A stretch of DNA of 64,000 nt. Source: a bacterium (GTDB lineage Bacteria > SAR324 > XYD2-FULL-50-16 > G965216635). This document shows, piece after piece, positions 9,689 to 18,146 of this stretch. Position 1 is the stretch's first letter. Each line of letters opens with the position of its first letter. The notes under the pieces were generated by a model. That model was not told the DNA's origin. It did not search any database and saw only the letters and a list, made by a program, of their open reading frames with translations. A program made the position numbers and the translations under genes. The stretch covers positions 1,248,001-1,312,000 of the forward strand of contig OZ244188.1 in NCBI GenBank assembly GCA_965216635.1, read 5' to 3'.

Positions 9689-10665
9689 AGTGATTCATAA
9701 AAACCCTTCTCTTGCATCCAAGAATCACTATAAAGTTTATTAACATAACGAGTTCCAGAATCACAAAGCACGGCTAAAATTTTTTTTTTATGGACAAGTT
9801 GCTTGCTGAATTTCATTGCTCCAAAAAGACACATCCCAGAAGAGCCTCCAGCATAAATTCCCTCTGAACGAAGCAATTTTTTTGCAGTCAAAAAACCATC
9901 TTTGTCGCTGACTTCAACCCAAGAGTCAATCAGTGAATAATCAAAATTTTTAGGGATAAAATCAGCCCCTACTCCTTCTAAAAGATAGGGTTGTGCCTCT
10001 ATCATTTTTCCCGTTTCAGCGTTCGTTTTTAAGATGGAGCCCACAGCATCTACAGCGACAGTTTGGATTTGTTTTCCCATTTTTTCTTTGAGGTATTTAG
10101 AAGCGCCTGTTACCATCCCTCCAGTTCCTGCTGGAAAAAAAACTATATCTAATTCACCTTGTGTCTGTTCGTGAATTTCGGGTCCTGTTGTGTGGTAGTG
10201 AGCTTCTCTATTAAGAAGGTTGTTATATTGATCAATAAGATAAGAATTTTCTGTTTCAGCTGCTATTTTTTTTGCTACTGAATAGTAAGATTTTGGATCT
10301 TCGGGGGAAACATCAGCAGGACAAATAATAACTTCAGCTCCAAAATTTCTAAGCAGATCAATTTTATCGGGAGACTGTTTGTCACTAATAGTAAAAATAC
10401 ATTTAAATCTATTGACCGCAGCCCAAATCGCAATACCTATACCTGTATTGCCTGAAGTACATTCTACAATAGTGCCTCCTTTTTTTAGCTTACCTGTTTT
10501 TAATGCCTCGTCCAAAATATACTTTGCTATTTTATCTTTGTAAGAGCCACCGGGGTTTAAGTATTCTAACTTTACATAAAAATCGTGGATAGAATCTTTT
10601 GTGATATTTTGTAGTTTTACAATAGGAGTATTCCCGATTGCATCTAAGATGGTTTTGTTTTTCAA
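9685..10665 (-). CDS. PLP-dependent cysteine synthase / cystathionine beta-synthase family
   Basis: IGNTPIV, KLEYLNPGGSYKD, TSGNTG, GTGG, DSGTRY. Confidence 0.92.
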   Translation of the reverse strand: MKNKTILDAIGNTPIVKLQNITKDSIHDFYVKLEYLNPGGSYKDKIAKYILDEALKTGKLKKGGTIVECTSGNTGIGIAIWAAVNRFKCIFTISDKQSPDKIDLLRNFGAEVIICPADVSPEDPKSYYSVAKKIAAETENSYLIDQYNNLLNREAHYHTTGPEIHEQTQGELDIVFFPAGTGGMVTGASKYLKEKMGKQIQTVAVDAVGSILKTNAETGKMIEAQPYLLEGVGADFIPKNFDYSLIDSWVEVSDKDGFLTAKKLLRSEGIYAGGSSGMCLFGAMKFSKQLVHKKKILAVLCDSGTRYVNKLYSDSWMQEKGFYESL

Positions 10666-10740
10666 AATTTTAGCTTTTAGTTTTTAGCTTTTATTATTAA
10701 TAGATTAGCATAGAAAGAAAATTCTGTCTAATAAAAAAAG

Positions 10741-10952
10741 GGAATTTTACCATTGAAAGCTAGAAAATTTCTACTCCAAGCAGCCAATCTATACAACTTT
10801 GGAAGTATCAATGCGGGCACTGTAGATATACGAACAGTGCAATGAATTCAAAATAACAATGCTACAATTAGTGCAAACAATTTATCTATTGTAGCTCACG
10901 ATTTATACAACCTAAACAAGGCAAACATTAATGGAAGCACTTTAGACATCGC
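10741..10952 (+). pseudogene. Fragment resembling filamentous-haemagglutinin beta-helix repeats
   Basis: Translates LQAANLYNFGSINAGTVDIRTVQ*IQNNNATISANNLSIVAHDLYNLNKANINGSTLDIA with in-frame TGA at 10843-10845. Confidence 0.55.
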
Positions 10953-11013
10953 AAGAGTTAAAATTTTTTTTTAACGATGTTTTGGCTAAACAGAACGCTG
11001 ATTCAAAGGTCTC
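10953..11013. mobile_element. MITE end fragment
   Basis: AAGAGTTAAAATTTTTTTTAACG...TTTGGCTAAACAGAACGCTGATTCAAAGGTCTC. Confidence 0.7.
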
Positions 11014-11016
11014 TAT

Positions 11017-12195
11017 CTAATTTAGAAGTTTATTTTGTTTAATAACATTTTGAGCTAGTGTTAAATAAGATTCTTCTAGTGCAGAAAATTCACACAAATT
11101 TTTCTTATTTGGGCTTGCCTTATTTGGGCTTGTCTTATTTGGTCTTATTTCGGAGCTCGTTTTATTTAGGCTCATTAGGGGCACTCCTTTATCTCCACTT
11201 TGGCGTATTCTCAAGTCCAGAGGTATTTTTCCTAAAAAAGACATTTCTAAGTTTTTGCTTTCTTCTTGTGCTCCACCGGTCCCAAAAATAGCTGTCTCTT
11301 CTCCGCATTTAGGACATATAAAGCTGCTCATATTTTCTACAATACCCATTATGGGAATATCTACTTTTTCAAACATCACCATCGCTCTGCGTGCATCTAT
11401 TAAAGCCAAATCCTGAGGTGTGCTGACAATGACAGCTGCACGCACCTTCAGAATTTGAGAAATAGAAATTTGCACATCTCCTGTGCCGGGGGGTAAATCA
11501 ATAATCATAAAATCTCCGCCTCCCCAAAGAGTGTCTCTGATCATTTGATGAATGGCTTGGTGTACCATGGGTCCCCTCCAAACAATAGAATCTCCTTCTT
11601 TTACGAGGTTTCCTATAGAAATAAATTCTATACCAAATTTTTCTAAAGGTGCCAGTTTTTCTTGATGAGTCGTAAGACGTATATTTCTTGTGCCTGTCAT
11701 CATAGGGATAGAGGGACCGTAGATATCTGCGTCAAAAAGAGCTGTGGAATATCCCAGTTTGTGCAAAGCCAAAGCTAAATTGAGAGCTACTGTAGATTTT
11801 CCAACGCCTCCTTTCCCGCTAGCAACCACTATAATATTTTTATAATTTTGAAGCAAACTTGTATTTTGCGGATTTGCCTGCGCTGGAATTGTTCTATTGG
11901 CGCGTGATTTTGTTTGTGCTTCTTCTGAGCTTACACTCTTGCTAAAGCGAGTATCTTCTATTTCTTCTAGCTCTAGTAGAGCCGAGCTGATTTTTTTTTG
12001 TAAATCTTTTTGTTGTTCGGAATCTAACAGTTTAGAATTATTAAGTTCGGTAGAGAAAAGAAGTTGAATATAAGCAATTTTTTCCTTAACTTCTATGCTG
12101 TGAATTATATTCGTCTCTAATAATTTTTTGCTACCTGCTTTTATAGAGGTAAATTTTTTCCTAATTTTTTCTTCTAATGGATCCATTTTTTTCAA
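11017..12195 (-). CDS. mrp: Mrp/ApbC Fe-S cluster carrier ATPase
   Basis: ASGKGGVGKST, DADIYGPS, WRGPM, DLPPGTGD, CPKC. Confidence 0.95.
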   Translation of the reverse strand: MKKMDPLEEKIRKKFTSIKAGSKKLLETNIIHSIEVKEKIAYIQLLFSTELNNSKLLDSEQQKDLQKKISSALLELEEIEDTRFSKSVSSEEAQTKSRANRTIPAQANPQNTSLLQNYKNIIVVASGKGGVGKSTVALNLALALHKLGYSTALFDADIYGPSIPMMTGTRNIRLTTHQEKLAPLEKFGIEFISIGNLVKEGDSIVWRGPMVHQAIHQMIRDTLWGGGDFMIIDLPPGTGDVQISISQILKVRAAVIVSTPQDLALIDARRAMVMFEKVDIPIMGIVENMSSFICPKCGEETAIFGTGGAQEESKNLEMSFLGKIPLDLRIRQSGDKGVPLMSLNKTSSEIRPNKTSPNKASPNKKNLCEFSALEESYLTLAQNVIKQNKLLN

Positions 12196-12215
12196 AATTC
12201 TTTACAAGATTAATT

Positions 12216-13304
12216 TTATCTTTTCCTAACATTTAGTAAAATCCCAATAGCTGCTAAAATAGTAATAGTAGAAGATCCACCATAACTCATAAAGGGAAGT
12301 GGTAAACCAACGACTGGGAATAACCCCATAACCATTCCCATATTGATAATACCTTGACTAGCTAAAATTATAGCCACACCTACAGTGATTACGATTTTTC
12401 GTCTATCACTAAATCTACCAATTTCTTTTAAAATCCAAAAAATCAAAAAACCGTAACTACCAACAACCAGAATGGAGCCTAAAAATCCCCACTCTTCACT
12501 GAAGACAGAAAAAATAAAGTCTGTATGCCGTGCTGGTAAGAAATTGAGTTGTGCTTGCTTGCCTTCTAAAAAACCCTTTCCAAAAAATTTTCCACTACCA
12601 ATGGCGATTTTGGATTGGATAATATGGTATCCCGTTCCTAGAGGATCTTTTTGTGGATCTAGTAAAATTAAAATTCTATTCTTTTGATAATCCTTTAAAA
12701 TAAAAAACCAAATCGCTGGAATAGCAGGCGTGAACATAACAATACTCACAATTATCCATTTAAAACTAATTCCAGAAAAAAATATTAAAGTTCCTGTTAT
12801 AATCAAAAGAATGATAGCTGTTCCTAAATCTGGTTGAACTAAAACCAGAAGGAAAGGCACTAAAGTAATGAAAATAGGAAATAATACACTGGATAGTTTA
12901 GTATTACCTAATCTCCTAGAATCGTGATAATAACGGGCGAGTATTAAGACAATAGCAAGTTTAGCAAATTCTGACGGTTGTATATTAAATCCCGGCGCAG
13001 AAATCCAACGATTGACACTGGCATCCGTTGAACTACCAACATAAAGAACATAGATTAAGGCGCAAATCAACAAAAAATAAAAAGCCCACGCCCAGCGGAC
13101 AAGTAGCTTGTAGTCTAATAAAGTAAAAAAAATCATTGCCCCCAAACCTATACCAAGCCATAAAAACTGTTTAACAAAATAGTTATTTTCCGATTGGTAG
13201 GATAAAGATGCAGAATAGATAGAAATCAGCCCTATAGTACAAAGAAAGAGGACAAGGCAAACCAAAACCCAATCTATATCTGGAGAAAATTTTATGCGAA
13301 ACAT
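12216..13304 (-). CDS. rodA: Rod shape-determining protein RodA
   Basis: IQPSEFAK, QPDLGT, GYHIIQSKIAIGSG, LPARHTDFIF, PFMSYGGSS. Confidence 0.95.
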   Translation of the reverse strand: MFRIKFSPDIDWVLVCLVLFLCTIGLISIYSASLSYQSENNYFVKQFLWLGIGLGAMIFFTLLDYKLLVRWAWAFYFLLICALIYVLYVGSSTDASVNRWISAPGFNIQPSEFAKLAIVLILARYYHDSRRLGNTKLSSVLFPIFITLVPFLLVLVQPDLGTAIILLIITGTLIFFSGISFKWIIVSIVMFTPAIPAIWFFILKDYQKNRILILLDPQKDPLGTGYHIIQSKIAIGSGKFFGKGFLEGKQAQLNFLPARHTDFIFSVFSEEWGFLGSILVVGSYGFLIFWILKEIGRFSDRRKIVITVGVAIILASQGIINMGMVMGLFPVVGLPLPFMSYGGSSTITILAAIGILLNVRKR

Positions 13305-13318
13305 ATTTTAGTCTTTTT

Positions 13319-13355
13319 GAGACTTTTGAATTCGGTATTCTAATTCAAAGGTGTC
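13319..13355. repeat. Minimal MITE derivative (two fused TIRs)
   Basis: GAGACTTTTGAATT CGGTATTCT AATTCAAAGGTGTC. Confidence 0.6.
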
Positions 13356-13435
13356 TTCTGTTATTTGTAGCAAATCTTATAAAATTTTGCAAAAAGTTAT
13401 ACCTTTATGTATTTTTTCTTGTGAATAGCGATTCA

Positions 13436-13494
13436 TAGGTAATTTATTCCTATTAAAACTAGGTAAATTTTTCCTAATATGTAAAAAATTCCTA
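13436..13494. promoter_or_regulatory. Three 17-bp imperfect palindromes, putative enhancer-binding-protein sites
   Basis: TAGGTAATTTATTCCTA (13436), TAGGTAAATTTTTCCTA (13460), TATGTAAAAAATTCCTA (13478) upstream of a sigma-54 promoter. Confidence 0.6.
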
Positions 13495-13540
13495 TCTGTG
13501 TTTTTTGTTAAGTTATTGTAATAACAGGACAATTATAACT

Positions 13541-13555
13541 TGGCACAGGCTTTGC
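13541..13555 (+). promoter_or_regulatory. Sigma-54 (-24/-12) promoter of hsp20 pair
   Basis: TGGCAC-AGGCT-TTGC, perfect consensus, about 60 bp before ATG. Confidence 0.8.
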
Positions 13556-13616
13556 CATATAGTATGTATGTCCGCGTAGGACTTTTTTAATATTAATCTT
13601 AAACTAAAAAATAATC

Positions 13617-14009
13617 ATGTTATTACAATTATATAATGAAACCTATAAACCAAATTTCTTTCGTCCCTTTTTTATGGATTGGGACAATGCAAAAGAAATC
13701 ACGGATTTTGTTGAACAGGATAAACAATACATTTTCCGTATGGATTTACCAGGTTTTAAAAAGGAGGATGTGAAAGTGGAAGTCAAGGATCATACTCTTA
13801 GTATAGAGGCGAGTAGAAGCCAAGAATACGATGAAAGTAAAGATAAAATTTATCGTAAGGAAAGAAGAGCCTTGAAAAGAAGTGAATTCTACCGAATACC
13901 TGGGAATGTTATAGAAAACAAAATTCAGGCAAAGGTAGAGGATGGTGTCTTGAATGTTTATCTTCCCAAAAAAGAAGAAAGCAAACCTAAATTAATCTCA
14001 ATCAATTAA
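13617..14009 (+). CDS. Hsp20/alpha-crystallin small heat-shock protein
   Basis: MDLPGFKKEDVKVEV, IQAKVEDGVLNVYLPK. Confidence 0.93.
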   Translation: MLLQLYNETYKPNFFRPFFMDWDNAKEITDFVEQDKQYIFRMDLPGFKKEDVKVEVKDHTLSIEASRSQEYDESKDKIYRKERRALKRSEFYRIPGNVIENKIQAKVEDGVLNVYLPKKEESKPKLISIN

Positions 14010-14013
14010 AAAA

Positions 14014-14361
14014 ATGAAACAGATAGAAAAAGAAAATTTCCAAACTCTAATTCCTCTAACGGATATAGTAGATACGGGAGAGCAACTAGAGTTTTTTGTG
14101 GAAATGCCGGGTGTGAAAAAAGAAAACACTCGTGTAGAACTTGAACAAAGCTCTTTAAAAATTAAAGGCACAACAAAAACAGAGGAAGAGGGAGACGAAA
14201 AAACTCCCATAGGTGGCTACAAGCAATTTTCCCGTGTTTTTAATCTTGCAAGAGACTATCAAGACACTAAGAAAATAGATGCTCGTATAGAAGATGGTGT
14301 TTTAAAGCTGCAAATCAAAAAAGCAGAAGAGCATTTACCGCAGAAAATTGTGGTGCACTAA
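14014..14361 (+). CDS. Hsp20/alpha-crystallin small heat-shock protein
   Basis: PLTDIVD, EMPGVKKE, IDARIEDGVLKLQIKK. Confidence 0.92.
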   Translation: MKQIEKENFQTLIPLTDIVDTGEQLEFFVEMPGVKKENTRVELEQSSLKIKGTTKTEEEGDEKTPIGGYKQFSRVFNLARDYQDTKKIDARIEDGVLKLQIKKAEEHLPQKIVVH

Positions 14362-14380
14362 GTTTTCAGCCCGAAGATTG

Positions 14381-14413
14381 GAGAGTCTCGCTATAAGTAT
14401 AGTGAGACTTTTT
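14381..14413 (+). terminator. Intrinsic terminator after hsp20 pair
   Basis: AGTCTCGCTATA AG TATAGTGAGACT followed by T-run. Confidence 0.65.
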
Positions 14414-14529
14414 AATAAGCCTATGAAACTAGCCCCAATAGTGGGGTAAGCTATGGGGGAAATCTTCGGTTACTGCTTTGACTGGCTCTACAGAAGAGGC
14501 TCGGTTTTAGTGCAAGAACAGACTAGAGA

Positions 14530-14559
14530 AACTCCCGCCTTTGATTTGCGGGAGTTTTT
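14530..14559 (-). terminator. Hairpin after beta-barrel gene
   Basis: AAACTCCCGC...GCGGGAGTTT immediately after stop at 14564. Confidence 0.65.
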
Positions 14560-14563
14560 ACTT

Positions 14564-15772
14564 CTACTTGAAGAGATAGACGAAGCGAATAAAAAGGGCA
14601 GCAGGTGCTTCTACTTCTATCGTTGTTTTTGTAGGCACAGTTCTTGAGGTTTCCTGTCCTCCAGTGTAATTTGGAGTTACTGTTCTTTTTACTAGTATTC
14701 TTCTATCTTCATTACTCGAGCCGAAATTGTTCTTTCTATCATCTAAAAAATAAAGTAATCCAAGAGTACCAGTTGGAGTATTAATACCACCTCCTACCAA
14801 TGCAGAGTCGGTAATAGGAGGCGGTAGCGGCTCTGCTGAGCTTGTTGTTGGCACTGGTGCTGCAGCGCTTTGTTTTACAGAGAGTTTTGCCCCCACCCAG
14901 AGCAGTCCTGCTTCTATGGAAAAGTTTTTGCTAAAATTCCGCTTATAGCCAAAATGAACGGCGGGGGCTATTTTTGAATCCGAGCCTAGCGGAGTTTCTA
15001 GCTTGGCTTGGGCTAAACCTGCTCCTGCATAAAGCCCGTAGGGCAGGTGCCAATCTACTAGTACAATTTGACTGTTCATTTTATCGTCTCCCGCACTCCA
15101 TTGGTGCAGGCTAAAAGAAACACGAAACTTTTCAAAGTCGTAGCCTAGTTGCAATCCGTTACCTGCTAAACTGGTATTTTCGTTGCTAACGGAAACAGAT
15201 GTACTAGAAGAATCTACAAATGTTCCTGTTATAGATGAACTAAAAGAGGCTGCAAGCCCTTGGAAGTAGTTGAAACAAGCATTTTTATTTCCATTGACTG
15301 TAGAGGAAACTGGATTAGAAGTAGCGTCAAAATTACGAGCAAAATAGGTCCCAGCACCACTATAGCTACCATCTTCACAAATATCCACTACAGCAGTTAT
15401 TGCTGTTGCATCGTAATTGGAACTGTAACTACGCCTAATACCATCATCGAAACCCTCTGCACCTGGCGTTGCGTCCAAAGATACATTATTGGGGATACTC
15501 GCACTGAAATCTATACTCGTAGAATCCAATGTTCTTTCGCCAGTAGTCACTACTTCTCTAAGGGTGGTGTTTTCTGTAGTGGTTTTTATTTTAGCGCCTA
15601 GATAAAAGGGACTAACCCCGATAGACCAACCTTGCTGTCTTGCTTCTTGGGCTTGCAGATTATTTACTCCCGCAAAAAGTAAAAACAAGCACGAAAGCGA
15701 AGCTAAAATTGCCAGTGTTATTTTGTTTAATTTCATAGTTTCTTTTGTTTGCCTAATTTCTTTTGTTTCCAT
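14564..15772 (-). CDS. Outer-membrane beta-barrel protein with large loop insertions (family A)
   Basis: Signal peptide ending LQAQ; amphipathic strands GLQLGYDF, GLYAGAGLA, VHFGYK, LFIRFVYLF; same layout as the 53633-58117 trio; start may be 15736. Confidence 0.75.
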   Translation of the reverse strand: METKEIRQTKETMKLNKITLAILASLSCLFLLFAGVNNLQAQEARQQGWSIGVSPFYLGAKIKTTTENTTLREVVTTGERTLDSTSIDFSASIPNNVSLDATPGAEGFDDGIRRSYSSNYDATAITAVVDICEDGSYSGAGTYFARNFDATSNPVSSTVNGNKNACFNYFQGLAASFSSSITGTFVDSSSTSVSVSNENTSLAGNGLQLGYDFEKFRVSFSLHQWSAGDDKMNSQIVLVDWHLPYGLYAGAGLAQAKLETPLGSDSKIAPAVHFGYKRNFSKNFSIEAGLLWVGAKLSVKQSAAAPVPTTSSAEPLPPPITDSALVGGGINTPTGTLGLLYFLDDRKNNFGSSNEDRRILVKRTVTPNYTGGQETSRTVPTKTTIEVEAPAALFIRFVYLFK

Positions 15773-15800
15773 AGTTTCTTGTGATTTTATAGTCTTTTTG

Positions 15801-15970
15801 TAGTTAATTTTGGTTATTCAGTTTTATTTTTATAAAACTTTATAAAGAATAACTAAAAAAATAAAAATAGTCAATCTTTTTTTTAGTTAATTTAGATTAT
15901 TCAGTTTTATTTTTATAAAACTTTACAAAGGATAACTAAAAACCTAAAAATAGTCAATCTTTTTTTTTTT
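15801..15970 (-). promoter_or_regulatory. 83-bp tandem duplication, each unit with a sigma-70-type promoter
   Basis: Units start at 15801 and 15884; minus strand TTGACT-N17-TATTCT (15874-15846) and TTGACT-N17-TATCCT (15957-15929). Confidence 0.65.
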
Positions 15971-16003
15971 AGTTTGCTTGTTTTTGGTTGTTTTTGGTTT
16001 ATT

Positions 16004-16014
16004 GGGGGGGGGGG
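16004..16014. repeat. Poly-G11 tract
   Basis: G11 in very AT-rich intergenic DNA. Confidence 0.9.
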
Positions 16015-16152
16015 ATTTTTTCTAAAATGCTATAAAATCCCCGAACAAACTTAATATAGGCAAAGTGAGAACTATTCTTATTCAAAAAGCAACCTCTACT
16101 TTAAAAAATAATTTTAAAACTTATTGATTTTTAAAGGAGAATTTTTGTATTA

Positions 16153-16205
16153 TAAACCTTTGAATTCGTGTTATGTGCTCTAAATAAGGCAAATTCAAAA
16201 GTCTA
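16153..16205. mobile_element. Mini MITE (53 bp), near-TSD TATTA/TATAA
   Basis: TAAACCTTTGAATTC...GCAAATTCAAAAGTCTA. Confidence 0.75.
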
Positions 16206-16249
16206 TATAATATTTAATTCAAAAATCTATTCACTTCTTAAAATAATAA

Positions 16250-17065
16250 ATGATAAACGATTCCTTACTACCTCATTTCCCGAAAAACTTAGGAGATATC
16301 TTTGCAAAAAGTTGGATTACCTACAAAGCTCTCTGGTTTGTTTTTTTTGGTTTTATATTTGTATTTCATGCTCCAGCTGCTTTACTATTTTTAATCTTTA
16401 AAAAACCAGAAAATTTGCCATTTATTATCCATTTCACAGATTTTTCTCGCTTTTATATTTCAAAAATGGGTGATGCTTTCGCTTGTTTTTTGTTACCTTT
16501 GTTTTTAAAAAATCAGCTTCCCAGTTTTCACCAGCTCCTAAAAACTTTTTTCAGTAAATACTTCGCAAAACTTTCTTTAGTTGTGCTATTACTTTATTTT
16601 TTGAAAACACAGTTTTTAATTTCTGGAGCTTCTTCTACTTTAACTATATTTCTTTTAGGGATAGGGTTGACTTGTGCCTATTTTTTTCTTTTTGTGACTT
16701 TTTTTGTTGTTATAGATACAGGGAATAATTTTTTTGAGTATTTTAAAGCAAGTTTTCTACTATGCCAGCTGCATGTTAAAAAAATTCTATTTTATTTTCT
16801 TACTGCTTTTATTTTTGTGAAAGCTATTGGTTTTTTCCTATTGATGATATTTGTTTCTCAAACTACAAATCTCTTAGTTCCAAATTCCGATGATATTGAA
16901 AAACTGCTAGATAATCTACTCAAAGTTATGCTCTCTACAGAGTTTTATCTAGTAAATAGTTTCTTGCATATTTTGCTACAACCTTTTCTTTCTATCTTTT
17001 TGTGTATATTGTTTTATAGTTTGCTAGCTCGCAATACAGCAGACTACTCAAAAGCTTTGCATTAG
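16250..17065 (+). CDS. Multi-pass membrane protein, unknown function
   Basis: 271-aa ORF with about 6 hydrophobic segments. Confidence 0.7.
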   Translation: MINDSLLPHFPKNLGDIFAKSWITYKALWFVFFGFIFVFHAPAALLFLIFKKPENLPFIIHFTDFSRFYISKMGDAFACFLLPLFLKNQLPSFHQLLKTFFSKYFAKLSLVVLLLYFLKTQFLISGASSTLTIFLLGIGLTCAYFFLFVTFFVVIDTGNNFFEYFKASFLLCQLHVKKILFYFLTAFIFVKAIGFFLLMIFVSQTTNLLVPNSDDIEKLLDNLLKVMLSTEFYLVNSFLHILLQPFLSIFLCILFYSLLARNTADYSKALH

Positions 17066-17092
17066 CGTTCTGTTTAATCTATGCAAAGCTCT
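17049..17092. repeat. Mini MITE derivative (TTTGCATTAG subfamily)
   Basis: AAAGCTTTGCATTAGCGTTCTGTTTAATCTATGCAAAGCT. Confidence 0.6.
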
Positions 17093-18001
17093 TGCATTGG
17101 TAGACAAATCTCCTTATCTAAAAATTTAGTGAAAGAAACAACAACAGATACAGACTCTTTAATTCAAGAATTACGCGAAGAATTAACAGAGCTTTCTTAT
17201 AAAGTTCAAGAGTTAGAAAGTACTAAGGTAAGTAAAGAAATTCTTTATCAAGAATTAGAGCATAATCACTCTATTATCAATGATCTTCGTAGTCAGTATG
17301 AAAAACAAAATGTAGAATACAAAGAAAATATTTCTATTGCCTCTAAAATGGTTCAAAAAATACAGGAACCTATCTCTCAAGTTTCTCAAAATCTACAAAA
17401 CTTAAAAGAGCAAACCCAAGAAAAGCAAATTCAAGAGTCTCTTAACAGTTGTTTGGATACTTTAGAAAAGTTGATGAACCAATGTAACGAATCTAGTGCT
17501 TATTTTAGTTCTCTACTTGACGATAAGCAGTATCCCTTACAAGATTGTTTTGCGCTGGATATTTTTAAAAATTGTTTTAATCACCCATTATATCCTTTGT
17601 GCGAATTTCAAATAGAAGAAAAAATAAAGCAAAAAATCATTTTACGACTCACCCTACTTCAAAACATTTCACAAAAATTTTTTTCTTTTCTACAAAAAAC
17701 AGCTCAACCACAATCTGCTATTTGTATTTCCATCAAAGAAATCACTCCAGAATCTTCTCTTAACAACCTTTTAAATTTAAACATTAAAATACATTTTTGT
17801 ACAAAAAAAGATTTTTTTTGGCTAAACAACTGGCAGGATTCTCTTAGTATTGGAGAAGATAACGAGGACAAACTTCCCCTGGAATGGTGTCTTTGGAAAA
17901 AAGAGTTAATGTCTAATAAAGGAGATTTTTTTATAGAAGAAAAAAACCAAAAAATAAATGGGATTAGTATTATGGTTCCTTTTACCTACTCTAATACCTA
18001 A
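17081..18001 (+). CDS. Coiled-coil protein, possibly degenerate histidine-kinase fold
   Basis: Long coiled coil then MVQKIQEPISQV (H-box-like, no His); true start likely GTG about 17130 because 17081 lies in a repeat. Confidence 0.5.
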   Translation: MQSSCIGRQISLSKNLVKETTTDTDSLIQELREELTELSYKVQELESTKVSKEILYQELEHNHSIINDLRSQYEKQNVEYKENISIASKMVQKIQEPISQVSQNLQNLKEQTQEKQIQESLNSCLDTLEKLMNQCNESSAYFSSLLDDKQYPLQDCFALDIFKNCFNHPLYPLCEFQIEEKIKQKIILRLTLLQNISQKFFSFLQKTAQPQSAICISIKEITPESSLNNLLNLNIKIHFCTKKDFFWLNNWQDSLSIGEDNEDKLPLEWCLWKKELMSNKGDFFIEEKNQKINGISIMVPFTYSNT

Positions 18002-18077
18002 TTCAAAGGTATCCTGATTTTTCTCTCCTGAATATTTTCTGTAAATATCTATTTTCTCTTAAAATATCCCCAATGAT

Positions 18078-18092
18078 TGGCAAGAATATTGC
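18078..18092 (+). promoter_or_regulatory. Putative sigma-54 promoter
   Basis: TGGCA-AGAATA-TTGC (GG-N10-GC) 55 bp before start of 18147 ORF. Confidence 0.6.
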
Positions 18093-18146
18093 TCTATCAT
18101 AAAGATATTATTAAACACAACTATATAAAAAAAAAATTAGACACAA

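Noticed and set aside
10843..10845. TGA recoding (alternative genetic code)
   Set aside because: TGA terminates several conserved genes here (dinB, trmB, MTase-HNH) and all housekeeping ORFs are full length under the standard code.
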